Below, one piece after another: positions 62,886 to 64,000 of a stretch of DNA of 64,000 bases. The DNA lies in the NCBI GenBank assembly GCA_963514005.1, contig OY740790.1:44268001-44332000 (forward strand), read 5' to 3'. The notes below the pieces were generated by a model, which saw only the letters and a program-made list of their open reading frames with translations, had not been told where the DNA came from and did not search any database. The number at the start of each line of letters is the position of its first letter. Positions within the stretch are counted from its first letter, which is position 1. The position numbers and the translations under genes were made by a program. This stretch comes from Raja brachyura (lineage: Eukaryota).

Positions 62886-63135
62886 GAGAAAATGATCCAC
62901 GTTTATCCAAGCTCCTTAGAAATACCATAGCCTCTAATCCAGGGGTGCATTTTGGTAAACCTCCTCTGCACCCTCACCAAAGCCTCTACATCCATTCTGT
63001 AATGGGACATCCAGAACTGCACACGATGCTCCAAATGCGGCCTGAACAAAATCCTATTAAACTCAACATGACTCCCTGACTCCTATTCAATGCCCCGACT
63101 GATGAAGGCAAGCATACTATTCACTTTATCACTCT
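62886..63135 (-). mobile_element. CR1 fragment, right part
   Basis: Minus-strand RPHLEHRVQFW; collinear with 57868-58172. Confidence 0.75.
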
Positions 63136-63978
63136 GTCTTCTTGGACTTGGACGCTAGATTTTATGTGAAGAAAATTCTGTGCCCTCCAAAAAATGATGA
63201 TAATATAAACCTAAGGGTGTTTTAAATTATTTAAATGATTTATCAATATATGTTTGGTCACATGTTCAGGGAAATGACTAAAAAAGAAAGCTCCCATTAA
63301 ATAACAACAATTTGTTTAATTGAGCAACAGTGGCGTTAATTAATTGTAATTGTAATTAATTTATTAGCCAAGTATGTAAAAACATACAAAGATAGCATAC
63401 ATACACATAAGAGAGCATTTTAAAAGTTTACATTTGAAAGGATTGAAATAAATGCTTTACATTTAAGGAAGTTGGGACATAATGATTGTGGATTTTTTTT
63501 AGGGTCTATTAATGCCCTAAAGATGCATATATAATGCAGTAATATGTCTGGAAAGTATTGTGGAACCAGAATGCCACCAGCATTGTTTGCTGCTGCCATA
63601 AATGTAGTGGTAAAATAGTTGAATGACTGTTTTTAAATTATCAATTAGAAAGATGTGAATGATCAAAATGCAAGGTTCTTGGGATAAATTATACCAATGT
63701 ATCTCCTGGGATTTGGACAACACAGTGAGGTAAAAAAGAATCCTCAAAACAGATGTGTAATGGTACATGGTGATGATAATGTATGAGCTCTTCAAGGTAT
63801 CAGGTTGAATTAATTAAACGTTCTGATTCAGTATCAATCTTATGAATGTCAAAATTGGGATTATCTCAGTGAACTTGCGTGGTAGGTTTTTTTTTGTCCT
63901 AGGTCATTGCTTTGGTTCCTGTCTCTTCTGTTTTTGATGAATTGGGTAACAACAACGGATTTTCTTCTCTTCATTTAG

Positions 63979-63997
63979 GAGGAGGAAGAATAGGATG
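63979..63997 (+). other. Candidate 19-nt exon ending in a start codon (ATG|GT), possibly RAD54L
   Basis: Strong acceptor TTTTCTTCTCTTCATTTAG ending at 63978, ATG at 63995-63997, then GTG at the window edge. Gene identity is inferred from synteny only. Confidence 0.45.
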
Positions 63998-64000
63998 GTG

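Overview
Eukaryotic, repeat-rich vertebrate DNA; HE1-type SINEs and HER1/CR1 LINEs point to an elasmobranch, probably a skate or ray (inference). One complete host gene is recognisable: two-exon LURAP1 (+; 35205-35435 and 44290-44883). There is also an unidentified probable terminal coding exon at 773-939. A CpG-rich first exon at ~53.4 kb and a 19-nt exon ending in ATG|GT at the window edge fit the start of RAD54L by synteny (inference). The rest is layered mobile DNA: a structurally complete but mutated DIRS tyrosine-recombinase retrotransposon, Penelope-like elements, CR1, L1, Tx1 and Rex1 LINEs, IR/DR Tc1 copies, non-autonomous Helitrons with minisatellite cargo, and a tRNA-Ala pseudogene. 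The most unusual signals are minimal hammerhead-ribozyme motifs in Penelope terminal repeats, about ten dispersed copies, three of them short fold-back elements (one downstream of the LURAP1 stop). Also unusual is a Helitron family whose copies share termini but carry different repetitive interiors. All calls were read by eye, with no database search; boundaries of degraded repeats are approximate.
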